The notes under the pieces are model-generated. The model searched no databases. It had not been told where the DNA came from and was given only the letters and a program-made list of their open reading frames with translations. The position numbers and the translations under genes were made by a program. A DNA stretch of 63,102 bases, the filler included, from Kipferlia bialata (taxonomy: Eukaryota): NCBI GenBank assembly GCA_003568945.1. It is 6 parts of 6 records of this genome, joined end to end, with 100 filler letters (N's around TTAATTAATTAA, not from the genome) between each part and the next. Parts side by side here need not be neighbours in the genome. Positions count along the whole stretch, not along the records: positions 23,090 to 34,523 come from BDIP01001238.1; positions 34,624 to 46,049 come from BDIP01001239.1; 4 more parts are not named here. One strand, 5' to 3'. This document shows positions 26,095-40,800 of the stretch, one piece after another; position 1 is the stretch's first letter, and every line of letters begins with the position of its first letter.

Positions 26095-29000
26095 ATGATC
26101 CCAGAGCCCTCCTGCACCAGCAATGCTCTTCCCGCCATAACCACCCGGCAGTACCTGCTGCTGGGGTCGTGCATCCTGGTGGTGGCAGGTGCTTACATGT
26201 ACTTATACATATACACATATACGCATATGTATACGCATCATTTTTCCTGTTATAGAGTGGGGTAGATTCTTGTCGTAGTTCAGAAGGCCTGGCTACTTGT
26301 CTGTCCTATCCTTCTTGCGAATCCGTGACCCAATACAACCCCCCCCCCCCCAATCAACTTACCCTTACTTCCAGGCTCATTCTTCCTGTTTGAACTTCCG
26401 TCCAGTGCCGCCATCTTCATCAAAGACCACTTCAGGTACACTGAATATATAGTATCTTCCAATGAATGTGAGACTCTTTGGATTCCGGGTATGTGTGACA
26501 TGTACTTGCCTCTGTCGCCCCCCCCCCCCTCCAGTTGTATATCTGCTCTGACCTTCAGTCTCAACTCTGCCCAGTATGCCCTCATGCACACGGTGCTAGC
26601 TGTCATGGGGTCATTCGGCCCCTCAGTGCTAGGTGGGTACATCCACCTCTACCCACTGTGCCATATATGCTCACATACCCTCTCCCCCCCTCACTCTCAG
26701 GTCTGATGTCTGTCAAGTATGGCCTGGGTACAGTGTTTATGGGCAGTGCCATTGCATGTGCACTCTCACAGGTGTCATGAGTGTATATACACTGTTCCAT
26801 TCGATAGTGGAAGGATCATTTAACTCCGCTTCTCCTCTCTCTACTTCCATGCTCTCTGCCCTCACCCCAAGGTCCTCCTCTATGTCTCAGCAGCCATCCC
26901 TTCCCCCTCTTATGCCCTCTTTCTAGTGGGCAGAGGCCTATTCGGGGCAGGTACCCAATTCTTGTCATTGATCACACGAATAGTTCATGTCACATACTAC
27001 ATATGAGTATCCCACCTCTCTCATTATCTCTCTGTCTTTCGCTCTCTGTCCCTCACATACCAGTGGTTGACGTCCTCTTCTCCTTCTCCGAGGCCACCAT
27101 CCTCACATCATTCAGCGGGGGCAGACAGGTAGTATATATCCCTATACAATCTGTTAATATGGCTCTGTCATTGTCTCATTTGTCACTCTCTCTCTATATA
27201 TATGACCGTGTGTTCACTCCCACCCTAAACTACTATGTTTAGTCTTTCTGTTCCCATATCCAGGCCGCCGCATACAGCTGCAGTGTCTTTGTCTCCCGCA
27301 TGGCCTCATGTGCCAGTTACACACTCATACCGGGGGTGGCCGCAGGTATTCACTGTGTCTATCATCTCCGAGCTTCATGCATATAGTCTTGTCCTTTAGC
27401 AAGTATATAGATAATGGGGGTGGCCGCAGGTAGTCATGGCGTTTCATCTTAGTTGTCTCTTCTAGCCCCCCCCCCCTCACCCCCAGATATAGGCCTGCTA
27501 GCTGCAAGTATACCTTATATACACCGCATGTACTTGTCGCTTATATACTCCTCCTCGCCTCACACCCAGACATGGGACTGCTTGGCACCCTCCTAGTCAC
27601 TATGGTGGTGTCAGGTGGTGTCCTCCTCTTCACAGCCACAACTGTCAAGTTACGCCAGGACCCAGCACCCCATACCCCGAACAAGGCCGCTGACCCTCAC
27701 TCCCACGACTTCCATGAGACTGTGGTGCAGAGACTGAAAGGTACTAACCGCGTAGTTTCTGACAGACTGACACAGATGGAGGAGGGCGATGGCTGTCTCT
27801 GTCTGTCTGGGCCTGTGTCCCTAGTGGTTAGCAGGGAGTGCTCTGATGATATGGGGCTGGACCACCTGATCAAGACAGGGTATGTGACATACTTATGTGC
27901 ATACTATATATGGTATACACTATGATATACAATGACACTACTATTGCTAGCTTGACTCCATACTTACCCCTAGATGCAATGTGAGTCAAGAGGCCTCTCT
28001 ACACGACGAGCCAACTGAGACAGCTGATGACATGCCTTCAACGGTAAGGGGTAGTGCTCTAGTCTTCCGTGAGCTCTTTGCTTCTTTCTAGTTCTCTGTA
28101 CTTGTTTCAATCTATCTCACCCAACAGGATAACCCCGTCGTCCAGGACCTACCCATTGCCGATACCCTCTCTGCCCCCTCTGCCTCTGCACCAGAGTCTG
28201 ACCAGTCTCTCCTCGCCACCCTCCTCGACACCGGTCTGTATGACTGGCTCACCATCCTTGTTGCTGGCTCCACCTACTGCTCCCTCTTCCTCTTCACATA
28301 CTTCTTCCCCCTCCAGATAGCCAACTTGAAGGGATACGACGCAGAGGAGGTGGGTTGCATGTGTATACTAGTTACTTGTCACCCAGTGTTTGGTAGACTT
28401 GGCGTCATGTCACAATTACCCTCACCCCCAGGCCTCCTTCTCCATGTACGTCATCTTCCTGGTCAACGCGGTGGTTTCGCCGGCAGTGCTCAACTACATC
28501 AGGTGGGGTATATATTGTATATGTTCTCTCTGTTGATGCTGTGTCTAACCTCCAGCCTGAGACTCTCCCGTGGCCCCCCCTGGAAGATACTGGCAGTGGC
28601 CATGGGGTTCTTTGTGGTCACATTTGCACCAGGTAACTCCAGGCCGATATACGACATAGTAGACTACTAAGTAGAGTACTTGCATTTAGATCTCACTCTC
28701 CAGACATGGCCATGATGTGGCTCGACACCTGCTCCCACTCCACAGTCACACTCCTGCTAGCCCTCAAGGGTGTCAGCTACACGGCACCCACAGCATGCCT
28801 GGTGTACATGCAGACAATGACGTCGGGGTGGGTGGAGTAGTATTATAGTGCTATACTTTCAGATACTGTATAACCTGGTGCTCTCCAACTCCTTCTCAAT
28901 ACACACTCCCTCTCCCTAACTCACCCCAGCCCCCGCCTAGCCTTCCAGATCTCCACATCCTACTCCCTCCTCAACCTGATAGTGGTGGTGGTCGGATCAG

Positions 29001-29316
29001 TATTGGGAGGGTATGTGTCCAGTGAATAGTTTTGTGTGTTATGTTCTATACACACTACTGTAGGTACCTGTCGCCACACTGTGTTCTCACCCCAGGCGCA
29101 TTGACTCCTCTCCCTATGTGTTCTCGGCTGCCCTTCTCCTGACTGACATTGCGGCAGTGGCTAGTGCAGTGCCCCTTCTAGTCAGGTGTGTCCATACTCA
29201 CTGTAGTGCCGTGTCTCTAGTTCACATGTAGTTCATGTAAAGGAAATCCTCACCCAAGGGACATTAGACTGACCAAGATGATTGCAAGCAGGCCTGACCA
29301 CAAGGATATAGCATAG
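26095..29316 (+). CDS. Multi-exon major facilitator superfamily transporter (MFSD1-like)
   Basis: Hydrophobic exons: YLLLGSCILVVA|GSFFLFELPSSAAIFIKDHF|SLNSAQYALMHTVLAVMGSFGPSVL|GLMSVKYGLG.., YALFLVGRGLFGA. A central hydrophilic loop precedes a second TM bundle. Stop TAG at 29314-29316. Confidence 0.8.
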
Positions 29317-29643
29317 CTGACGTGTTACTAGGCCTAGTTGTATAGTCTAGCAACAGCATGTTGTGTATTGACAAGAAACATGGCTCAATAGACTAATATA
29401 GTGTGTTTCATTGACAACGCTCTCTCACATATAGAACCTTCAAGTAGAAGAGAAAGAATGTTAATCTATTACCTCGGGCAGTCACGGGTATAGGCTAACA
29501 ATCACTTGAAACAACACACGAATACAAACACAACAAGGGACTTGAATACATAACGCAAAATCAGGTATACAACGTGGCAATAACAATACGAACCAAGGGC
29601 AGTATGACAATCACACTACATGTAGTAGCTGTGTACAGTGGTC

Positions 29644-32600
29644 CTACCACAGAAGAGAGGGATCCCCAAACAGGGGGTAGACTCTCTTGGGAAGGGTGAA
29701 CGAGGGGCGGTTGCGCGAAGAGCGGGAGGGAGTGGCAGTGTGAGGTACATTGGGACTCTGTGTGGTCCCAAACCTCTCTCCCTCTGCCACTCTCTCTCCA
29801 TCCACACCCTTGCCGATGTGTCCATCGGACTCAGAGGTGTGTACACTCTCATCCCCATCCAGAGACCCCCCTCCCTCTCCTCCCCTCTCCAGACCGACAC
29901 ACTCGGCACCCTCTGGTTCCTCGTACACACACTCCCCTCCCTCCATACCCTCTCCATCCCTCTCTTCATCTACCCTGCGAACCATAACAGGCTGCGGTGA
30001 TGGAGAGGGAGAGGGGGAGGGAGAGGGAGAGTGGAAGCTGGAGTCCTCGCTACTCTCACTACCACTCTCGTATGTGGACTGGCCCATCCCTAGACTGGTG
30101 GCACTGGAGCTGGGGGCTAGGTCACCACTCTTCTCACCAAAGGATGTGGTGGAGGAGTACCTGGTGTGAGAGAGCAGGAAACAGAACACCAGACAATAGA
30201 GAGCAGAGACAAAGTGAGAGCATATCATGCACGATACCTCGAGAGAGATGTGCGTGACATCTGATCCCCATAGACATCCCCCCCTGTCCTGACCCCCCCC
30301 CTGAAGGACACTCCCTCAGCCGGAGATGCACTCCATACAACAGCCAGGGAGAGAGAGGAAGCAACGGAAGAAGAGACACCCTCACTCTCAGAATCCATCC
30401 TAGGTTCGTTAGAGGCAGAGAGGGATATGCCGTGGAGCCTCCCTGTTGCACTAAGGCCCAGAAGCATGGCACTCTCTCTCTCTCCCTCTCCCTCTCCCTG
30501 TGCGTGTGTGAGTGTGACTATTGGTTCTGTGGGTAGTGACTCTGTGGCGTCACACTCCGAGAGCCTGGTACATGCATACCCGTCAGTCTCCATCACAAAC
30601 ACCCTCCCATCAGCCAGAGACACCCCGACAACAGACACACCCTCTACGGCACTCTCCTCCTCTCCCTCACTGCATGGTATGGGTACATGTACAGGTAGGA
30701 GAGACATGACGTGGGAGGGGACAGGCACCACAACAGAGAGAGAGGGAGAGAGGGCCGCTGCCTCCATGGACACACCGACTATGGCACACACCTCTGTCTG
30801 GGCTACATCAGACACACCCTCTCTCTCCCTATGGGTGTGTGTGCACATGGATACACTGACGGCAGCATATAGGGTATCAGTGCCGGATCGAGAGCACTGG
30901 TCGATACTAGTATGCGCCTCACCCTTCTCCCTCTCAGTAACTCCCACTATCTGAGAGAGGGAGAGAGAGAGAGAGTCAGTATCAGGCAAGGATAGGGCAC
31001 TACCCAGGTCGGAGGTTGGTATGTGACACGTGACTGGGTCTCTGTCTCTGTTGCACAGAGACACAGTGGTGATCAAGATACCACCCTGTCCCTCCCTAAC
31101 GTCATGCGTGACCCCTGCCAGGTATAGTGTGTCACCCACTACACACATGGTATGGAGAGAGGGAGAGACAGAGACACTGTCTGACACCGTGGCGAGGGAG
31201 CATAGTACAAGGACACCCTCACCAAGAACGGCAAACATGCGTCTCCCATCCTCTCCCTGGTATGGACATACACCCTTCACTGCCCCTACCCCCAGTCGTC
31301 TAGAGAGGCCTGCCACAACACCCACCCTCACACCGTCACTCATTGAGTATATGGCACTCTCCACCTCTCTCTCCCTCTGTCCGTTGCCGAGCATCAGCCA
31401 GAGGTCCTGCCTCTGGGGGAGACCCATGGACATGGGCATAGGCATAGAGGACATGACCTCAGGAGAGTGGTGCGCTGAGGGAGACATAGAAGAGGGGGAG
31501 AGTAGGGGGTACACTCTGGATGGGTGGATGGGGTTGGAGACGGAGTAGGCGTACCCCCTCTCCCGCCCCCCTCTGTCCTGTGTGTGTATGGGGTGCATGA
31601 CCACACCCACACTATCTAGGCCAGGTGTCAGTATGGCAGCACACCCTGCAGAGTATGTGACAGAGGGGGTGTGGAGAGAGAGACCAGAGAGGGGTGGGTG
31701 GGGGGGAGAGACACCAAGGCCAACCAGTTCGGTCACGGACCTAGGGGGTAAGAAGGGGTAGAACATCCTGAATAGGAGACCCTACTCACTATGGTATACT
31801 GTAAATACCTGGCAAAGTAGAGTCCCCCTCCTGTGCCTAGGACCACCATGCCCCTAGGAGTATGGCAGATGGCAGAGACACCGCTGCTGTAGATGGTCTA
31901 GAGTGAGTGGGTGTGAGAGAGAGAGTAGGTTATGTCCTGTGTATGTACCTCCCACTGCCTGCTGAGGCTCATGAGCACAGAGACACCGCCTCCAGCACAC
32001 ACGACAGGGACAGCGGACTCTCCCCCTCTACCAGGTGCACTATTCAAGAAAACTACACTAGGTGAGGTATGTGTGACCCTGTCACTCTGTGCACACTCTG
32101 TCCCACAGGGCACAGGGGTATCAGAGCGGTGCCTCTCCCCTCTCACCCTCACCACCCCTCTGCCATCCAAGGCCATGCACTGCGACACAGGACGGCCTGA
32201 CCCGCCTCGCATAGAAATAGCTGGGGGGTAAGGGGGAAAGAGATGTATAAAGTGGAGACATAGTTGACTAGGGAGAGACAAATGTCGGTACCTGCTATCT
32301 GTAGCTCCTCGGCAGAGTATAGGGAGAGAGAGGCCGAGAGGGAGTCTGAGACAAAGGGTCTCCAGAGCGCAGTGGTGCCTGAGGTGAGAAAGGTACATAG
32401 TATGGTAGGGGCACGCATCAACAGGGAGGGAGAGAGTAGCGGCTCACCCTTGAATGGCGTTGTCGATGCCTGCTGAGGCTCCTTAGACCCCTTCTGCACA
32501 GTGTCCTTGGGTAGGAGGGGAGGTCTCCCTGGAAGGGGTGGTCTACCCTTAGACACTGCACCACTAGCCACTGTTGCACATACAGGGGGGCAGGAGAGGG

Positions 32601-33190
32601 GCGAGTATGAGTGGACAGAGCCATCTCTCAGGGCCAATATAATGTCAGTGCCCCTCACCCCCTCTCTCTCCTCCCCCCGTGCTATCATACACACTGAGGA
32701 GGGGTGCTGGCAGATGGACACGGCACCGATACTGGGAGAGGCCGAGAGGGAGAGAGAGAGAGAGAGCTTGGGGATGACCAAGTGTGTGATGCAGCCTCCC
32801 GTGACTGCAGACACACAGAGAGAGAGAGAGAGAGACTGGCTGGGGGTGCCCTCGACATCGACATCCCTGGATGCATAGACAACAAGGGAGGTGGGGGGCT
32901 GGGGAGTCAGGAAGGGGGTATCAGATATCAGAAGAGCATAGATATTGAACCGAGAATTCTGGGCACATATAGGGTGACTGTGGGAGCACAGTAAGCCAAA
33001 TAAAGGTGGGGGGGGGGGGGGGAAGGGGGGAAGGGGGGGGGGTGGGGGGGGGGGGGGGGGGGGGGGGGGGTATATACAACAATCTGGTCACCTGTGGGCA
33101 GTAGAAGCCTCTGTGTCTGACGGCAAGCCTGAAGTGAGATAAAAGACCCCCCACACTCGGTATATCTACAATCTACATATTAGGGGATCA
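29644..33190 (-). CDS. Multi-exon hypothetical protein, beta-strand rich (possible degenerate propeller)
   Basis: Long ORFs 32149-32814, 31898-32398, 30225-31766 and 29644-30228 can be joined through GT..ccccag-type introns. Start not defined. Confidence 0.6.
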
Positions 33191-34523
33191 ATGTGTTGCC
33201 GTTACCACTTCCTACACTCGACGAACCTTCAGGAACTGAACCGTGCCGTCTGAGAGAGTCGGGTGTCGTACTGGTGTCAGTGATTGCTACCTCAGAGATG
33301 TGTTAGAGCGATCAGATGAAGTGGGTGGATATACTGTAACATGCGTCATAACCAGTAGTGGACGCCTCTGTCCGAACCCGCAGCTCCCTCCAGCCACCAA
33401 TTCTGCGAGACGATTTCGAAGTATTCATATTGTCGTGATGGAGGTACCTGAAAGCCTTCAGGTACCCGAACACTAAGGTGAAGGAGATGATAGGAGAGAT
33501 CTGGCGAGTTTTTTTGTTCCACATAAGGGTTAGGACACTGATTGGTAGATATATTAGATCCTAGATCTATTGATTGGGCCTCGTGCTGAGACCGACGTAC
33601 GTATGTGTGGACCTGGTATGCCAGTAGAAGCGCTCATGGTGGCTTGTGCATCTGCGAAGAATATGTTCGACGTTCGACAAAATCTATGCTTGATTTGGGA
33701 TTAATAGTACGCAGTCCAGGGACATCAGGCGCTGTCGGAGACTGGCGGCCAGCTCCTCTTCTCACTAGCTGAGAGGGAGCACTAGACGTATACTTCTTAT
33801 TGGTTTCTGCTTGGGTGCTTGGGCTTTTTGCCTTCGGTTCGCTCTAGCCCATCTCTAACTCACTAGATATATATATACGGTGTAGACCCAAAGTTAAATA
33901 TGACCTGTTCTAATTTAGCATAATTTAGCAAGTTGTAAGTCGATTCAACAGAGGTCTTCTCAGACAAGCTGACTCCGGTGTCGGAGTCTCCTTTGAATGC
34001 CAGGTATACGTCCACACCTGGCTGTCGACACTGGGGTTCGGGTTCGGGGTGATCCAGGCCTGTCATGATGTGATTATGAATCGAGACGACCTCTTTGTGT
34101 GTTAAGTCAAAAGGTAAACATGGCAGCAACACAAGGTTTCCTGTATACCATGGATGAAGCGAACTAGGGAACTGCCTCCTTGCTCGCTGATGTAGTTACC
34201 GAGTGTTACCTTTCACAATTCATCCAACCTCTCTATATACACTGTTGCTCCTGACACAGGTCTCGGTCGCACCATGGGTCTGTGGTTCTCTGGTTCGTGG
34301 GAGAGCAGGTACTGCGATGATGCATATGTTCATCGCATTCTCCTTCATACGATTCACGATTTACCACTCATTCTCCGGGCGCCTCCTCTCGGTTAGTTTA
34401 GTTTAGTAATGTGTATGCACTAATACAGGGCACCCCCTGCACATACAGTGAGTGGATAAGTCAGTATCAGTATCAGTATAGATAGTGTAAATACTGACAT
34501 TGATACTGATACTGACACCAGGG

Positions 34524-34623
34524 NNNNNNNNNNNNNNNNNNNNNNNNNNNNNNNNNNNNNNNNNNNNTTAATTAATTAANNNNNNNNNNNNNNNNNNNNN
34601 NNNNNNNNNNNNNNNNNNNNNNN
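34524..34623. other. Artificial contig spacer
   Basis: N44-TTAATTAATTAA-N44. Confidence 0.98.
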
Positions 34624-34694
34624 ATCAAACACGTAATCCTCCGACGGAAAAGTTATTATTATTTATATATGTAAGGATATATATATATACATGT

Positions 34695-35740
34695 CAGTGG
34701 AAGCCAAGGGGGGCAGAGAGGAAGACCAAGAAGGAGAAGGGTGCGTGTTTGTATAGAGTACACATATATATGTATAGTATACTAGATATATATATATATA
34801 TATATCATATACATATACATGTCAGTGGAAGCAAAGGGACGCAGAGAGGAAGACAAGGAAGGAGAAGGGTGCGTCTTTGTAGAGAGTACACATATATATG
34901 TATAGTATTCTAGGTATATATATATATATATATACATGTCAGTGGAAGCCGAGGGAGGCAGAAGGGTATGTGTGTATATATATCTACAGGGTTATTCTCT
35001 CTCATTCTGTATACATGTATTTGTATGTATTTCTTACCCCAGATGAAGACATCGCCCTCGCCCTCTTGAGACAACTCCTTCTGTCTCTGTCTCTCTCTCT
35101 GTCTCTATCTCTATCTCTTTATTTATATATGTATATGTATATTGCTGTTACTATACATATCTGATGTCAGACGCCGACATTGCCCACCTCGCCATGTTGA
35201 GAGAGCACCTGCAGATTGGAGCTGATACCACACGGGAAGTGGCCGGTATCCTGAGCAAGATAGGTATAGTACAAGTCATTTAGTGTGTTTGTGTACATTT
35301 CTCTATGCTCTCTCTCTGTAGCCCCTTATTCCAGACAGTGGCATTCTCTTTGTCTCTCTCTCTCTCTAGCCCCTTATTCCAGACAGTGGCATTCTCTTTG
35401 TCTCTCTCCCTCTAGCCCCTTATTCCAGACAGTGGCATGTTCGCAGATGAGGAGGTGACAGAGTCCACGGAGGAGGAGGATAGGTACAGTGGCATATACA
35501 TATGTATGTACACTATGTACTTACACTATTATATATGTATATGTTTATATACTATGGATATATCATTTGTGTTAGGAGGTGACTGACTCCACAGAGGAGG
35601 AGGATTGGTATGGTACAGTACCATAGTAGTTGTTGGTAAAATAGATGAATGCTCACATCTAGGTTTGGCCATGGCAGGAGAGGCAGCCAGAGGGACACAC
35701 CCCATGAGGCAGACACGCCAAGGCCAGAGGTATACACATA

Positions 35741-35782
<42 letters not shown>

Positions 35783-37077
35783 AGACCCTTTTACTAACAC
35801 GAGGCAGATACACCAAGGCCAGAGGTATATTATACTCTCTCTCTCTCTCTGTCTGTCTAAACCCTTTAACAATCAGGAGATCCTCTGTGTGCAGATGCTC
35901 TCCCATGCCTTTCTCTCTCTCTCTCTCTCTCTCTACACCCTTTCACCATTAGGAGATCCTCTGTGTCCAGATGCTGTCCCATGCCAGTGCGTCACTCTGC
36001 ATGCTTCTCTCTGAGTGGGTACGGATATATATATAACAGTCAGTGTATAATACTATACTGTGTATAGATATTGTTGTCAGTGCGTCACTCTGCATGCTGC
36101 TGTCGGAGCGGGTATATATCATTGTCATTGTGGTACTATTTGTATTTCTCTATGTATGATTGTATATATGCATGCTGCTGTCGGAGAGGTGGGTGCGATG
36201 TATACCTATCTCTTTTGATATATTGCTGCTCTTGGAGCAGATGTTGTATATATATATATGCGTATGTATATATCTTGTATCTTGCATAACCCCAGGTGAG
36301 GCTGGGCATCAGCACCTTGTTCCCTGTGGCTGATACAGACACGGGCATGGCCACGTCACCCACTAAGGTATACTATATATATATATACACGTCACCCACT
36401 AAGGTATAGTATGTATATATATATCGGATGATACTCAGAGAGATGTATTATATATGTAGTATATATGTNNNNNNNNNNNNNNNNNNNNNNNNNNNNNNNN
36501 NNNNNNNNNNNNNNNNNNNNNGTGGTATATATGGAGTTGTGTCTGACACCGACACGGGCATGGCAACGTCACCCACGAAGGTATTCCATATATGTACTCC
36601 ATATATTTATATGTGTAAATATTTATGCATCTGTATGTATGTAGTGTAGTTATATATCCACAATATATACCCTGACCCCAGGGTCCCAACCGTGCCCAGA
36701 CTGTGTCTCCTGACACACAGAAGGGACAGGTACATGCTTTGTACATAGCGGTAGTTATGAATTGTATGTGTATTAAGACACCACACATATACGAGTGCGC
36801 GAATATATACCTCACCGCAGGGCGCCACCTCCCCCACCCTCTCTCTCTCCATACATATGTATGTATCCATTACATGTATATACTATATAGTGGCTACTCT
36901 CTTATATCAGGGCGCCACCTCCCCCACCCGTGGCCCTGTTGTTGCCCAGTCACCAGCCAGGGGGGCTGCTGAGGTACTGTTTATATATATATTAATATAT
37001 ATGTATATATATAGGTGTTGCTGAGGTACTCTCTCTTGCACAGTCACCAGCCAGGGGTGCCGCTGAGGTACATTGTT

Positions 37078-37109
<32 letters not shown>

Positions 37110-38159
37110 CATATATAGGTGCTGCTGAGGTTTTCTCTCCTCTCTCTCAATTCGTCTCTCTCTCCCCCCCTCCCTCTCTCTCTCTGGCCCTTTAACCACA
37201 GGATGGCACTGTGCCCATTGTGCAGAGGCCAGTGGTGGACAGGTGAGATATACACATATACACATATATATATATACATATAATGATAGATATATGAAAT
37301 GCATGTAGACCAGTGGTGGACAGGTGAGAGATAGTGTGTGTATACAGAGTGTATGTATATATATGTTTCATACACATAATAATATATATGTGTGAGGTGC
37401 ATAAGGCCAGTGGTGGACAGGTGAGAGACCGTTTGTGTTTCCATGTACCACTATTATGATATATACATAAAACTGGTTTTGCTAGGCCCACTTTCATATC
37501 GTCGCTGCTGTTCTATACAATTATATACTGTGTGTGTAAATGTATTAGTGTCTGCCTTACTCTGACTCTAGGTCTACCTTCCTCGCCTGTCTCGAGTCCA
37601 CCCCTTGTATAGTGAATATATCTATTGGATATGTTTTTTATATACAAGATTTATCCCTACTCTGACCACTAGATCCACCTTCCTGGCCAACTGCCTCAAG
37701 TCGATGACATATGCAGCAGACACCGTGATGGATGTCAGAAAGGTACATACGTTGGTATATATATGGGTATTGGTATATATGCGTGACACACCTGTTGACG
37801 AGACCGTCAGGTCTTTTGTCGACTCTGTAAGTATATACACATCTAATACAAGCTGAGTATCGACAAGCGCATCAGATCCTCCGACCTGGACCTAGACCTG
37901 GATGAGAGGACAAGCACATACGGGAACCTGCAGCCACCCCTGCCTGACCAGTGGGTACGGATATATATATATATCTGTCTATCTCTCTACGCCCCTTACA
38001 CACACACATACACACACACACATATATATATATATATACACTGAACCTGCAGCCACCCCTGCCTGACCAGTGGGTGCGTCCATATCTCTCTCTCTGTCTC
38101 TCTAGCTCCCTACACCCGTACTACATCACACCTAGGTCGATGTGTGCCCTGGCACTGTT

Positions 38160-38194
<35 letters not shown>

Positions 38195-39486
38195 CTCCCT
38201 ACACCTCTTATGCATAGGTCGATGCTTGTCCAGGCACTGTTGGAGCCTCTGTCCTGCTGGCCCTTGTTAGATACGTCCACTCCTGTGCTGCCTTTGACAT
38301 GCACCAGTCCACCATAGACACGGGATACACTCAGGTATATATATGTGTATATACATGTAGATACATATACTATACTATACTATACTACTATACTACTATG
38401 GGTATATATATATGTATACTGGGCTGCCTTTGACATGCACCAGTCCACCATAGACACTGGTTATACTCAGGTATATATATAGATACATATATACATACAT
38501 ATAGAGAGGGTGTAGAAGATAGATGTGGATATACTCTAGATATAAATAGTAGAGTATGTGCTGCCTTTGACATGCACCAGTCCACCATAGACACGGGATA
38601 ATAGTAGAGTATGTGCTGCCTTTGACATGCACCAGTCCACCATAGACACGGGATATACACAGGTATGTAGGAGTATTCCCAGACTCTCTCTCTCTTTCTC
38701 TCTGTGTGTGCATGTGGATACCCATACTAACCATTAGGTCCACGTGTCCCTGACCCAGTACATTGACACCTCTCTCTCTCTCTCTATATATATATGTATA
38801 TTCATACTATATACATACACACACATATATATATGCATGTATGTTCTAACCCTTTAGGTCCACGTGTCCCTGACCCAGTACATAGACATTGAGGATGACA
38901 AGGAGACCAAGAGGCACATCATGTTCCTGAGGTATGTATCATATTATATATATCTGTATACAGTGAATGTAGGAAACAGTCATCAGAATGGCACGTGTCA
39001 ATATGGATATACACGTATAATCAATATTGTTAATTATACTATACTTGGTACGACAAGGAGACCAAGAGGCACATCATGTTCCTGAGGTACCATGGACAAA
39101 TGCTATATATGTATATATATATAAGTATACATATATATCTGTGTATGGACATTGTGGATGACAGTATCAGTATCAGTGTCAGGTTGGATTATGTTCCTGA
39201 GGTGTCACTTTGCATATTTCACATTCATTCCAATTAATTATCCATCTAGTGAAGACATAACTATTATGACATTTGTACATATATCACCTTCAGGAAGGGT
39301 CTTGAGCTGTATACAGTGAATATCTAATAGTATGCATATTGTATACGTTAATTGTATGTATTGAATTGTATGTATTTGTATGTATATTTGTGTCTCACCC
39401 TCAGGAAGGGTCTTGAGCGTGAGCACCACAACAGGCAGAAGGAGAGAGAGAGACGGCTAGAGGGGGAGGAGGAGGAGGCCCAGTGA
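34695..39486 (+). CDS. Multi-exon hypothetical protein, 5' partial
   Basis: Exons such as PLIPDSGMFADEEVTESTEEED, STFLANCLKSMTYAADTVMDVRK, VRYVHSCAAFDMHQSTIDTGYTQ|VHVSLTQYIDIEDDKETKRHIMFL|RKGLEREHHNRQKERERRLEGEEEEAQ, ending TGA at 39484-39486. Confidence 0.65.
36469..36521. other. Intra-scaffold assembly gap
   Basis: 53 N without the spacer motif. Confidence 0.95.
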
Positions 39487-40129
39487 GGTCGCTGAACTGG
39501 TTTGGTGTCTTTATGTGTGGGCATAAGCCTTAATAGATGTACAAGATATTCTTTAGATTTACAAACAAATGTCAATGACAATGTCTGACATGTTAGTGTA
39601 TTAGTTCTGGAATCTATTCACAACTAACATCACTTGCCTGGATAACAGTCTACAGTGTAGACTCTACATAAAATGTGATATTTCGTGACTCACGACGTGA
39701 GTATGTCTCATTCAGCATAAGCCGTGCAACACAAATTCCATGCCTCCGTTGAATCTAGCACATATCGGATAGACACTCTGTGCCACAGACTGTGGTTGAC
39801 ATATATAGACTGTTAGAGGACTCTCCGAGCCCTCTCTGGTAGAGTAACTCTACGAGCCGTCAGCTTCCGCCTACTGTATGTGATGGCGTCAGTGGTGTGT
39901 CAGAAGTAAGACCGGTTATAGGGGCTAGGGAGAGAAAGCGATATGGCACCACCAATGGTGTGTCAGAAGGCATCAAGTCTCCCCACTACAGAATTGGCCA
40001 CTGTATACGTACAGTTCACCCGCACATTTGGGACATAGATGCCTTCTGGTCAGGGCCTGGCCGTAACGGCCCCAGCATCCTATCTTCAGCCCTACTCTTC
40101 TATCGACTGTCTGCACAACCTCGCAGTAC

Positions 40130-40800
40130 GTCGGGTGACACTGATACCCCACTACCTCTGAATGTACAGTTCCTCCTGAGTGACGGCCATAGTACCTTCG
40201 TGTGTATAGGACACAATGAGCTGTTGTGGGTACCATCATCATATATGCAACAGACCCTGGCAGTTCTGAATGTACAGTAGATATCGAGAATGCAGGAATG
40301 ACAAGAGAGCTATTGTAGTCTCCACTTCACATACCCGGAGAGCGTCCATCTCTCACCAGGATAGGAGGAGAGGTACTTATGTGACGAGGGGTTATAGCAT
40401 ACCCAAGAAAATGCTCCCTATGTAAAGCTCAGAGATGTGTGGATGAGGAAATGGCTGACCTGCACATCTTCGAGTCGAAGACTTCGATGTCCTTTGGCAT
40501 CAAGAGTCACCTCATTAGAGTATGAAGAACAGAAAAAGACACAAATGTGGCCATAGGTGTTTATGATGCAGTATCTGGAGAAAGGAATATGACAGGGTGG
40601 GTCCGGGTGGAGGCTCGACTCTATGATAGAGTCTCTATCCAATCTGGACCAGATGCCAAGATTTGTACCATCTGTCCGGTCTGGACTCCGGAGTCCGGAG
40701 TCCGGACTGCATACTTCCATCCACGTAATACACATAGATACTCTTCTTGAGGAGACGGGAGAAGTTGCCTGGTGCGAGGTGTACACTATTGTCACTGACA
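40130..40800 (+). pseudogene. Degraded Kelch-like family copy
   Basis: Fragments FVCIGHNELL (compare VAIGHNEALL in the 47080 gene) and IGVYDAVSGE (compare LYDIVSGD), separated by stops and frameshifts. Confidence 0.5.

Noticed and set aside
33863..34132. 89-aa ORF in non-repetitive sequence
   Set aside because: No recognisable motif or splice support. It may be a decayed element but I cannot support a call.
35318..35440. Three direct repeats of TAGCCCCTTATTCCAGACAGTGGCAT with short spacers, CRISPR-like at first sight
   Set aside because: The repeats are acceptor plus exon-start echoes, the spacers are near-identical CT runs, the context is eukaryotic and no cas genes are present.
34695..39486. 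Cys-rich readings suggesting a RING/IBR ligase
   Set aside because: The Cys clusters are in alternative frames, and the phase-consistent exon chain shows no RING spacing.
40683..40708. Palindromic GGACTCCGGAGTCC with a 7-nt repeat
   Set aside because: Short local duplication inside a pseudogene; no second copy seen and no evident function.
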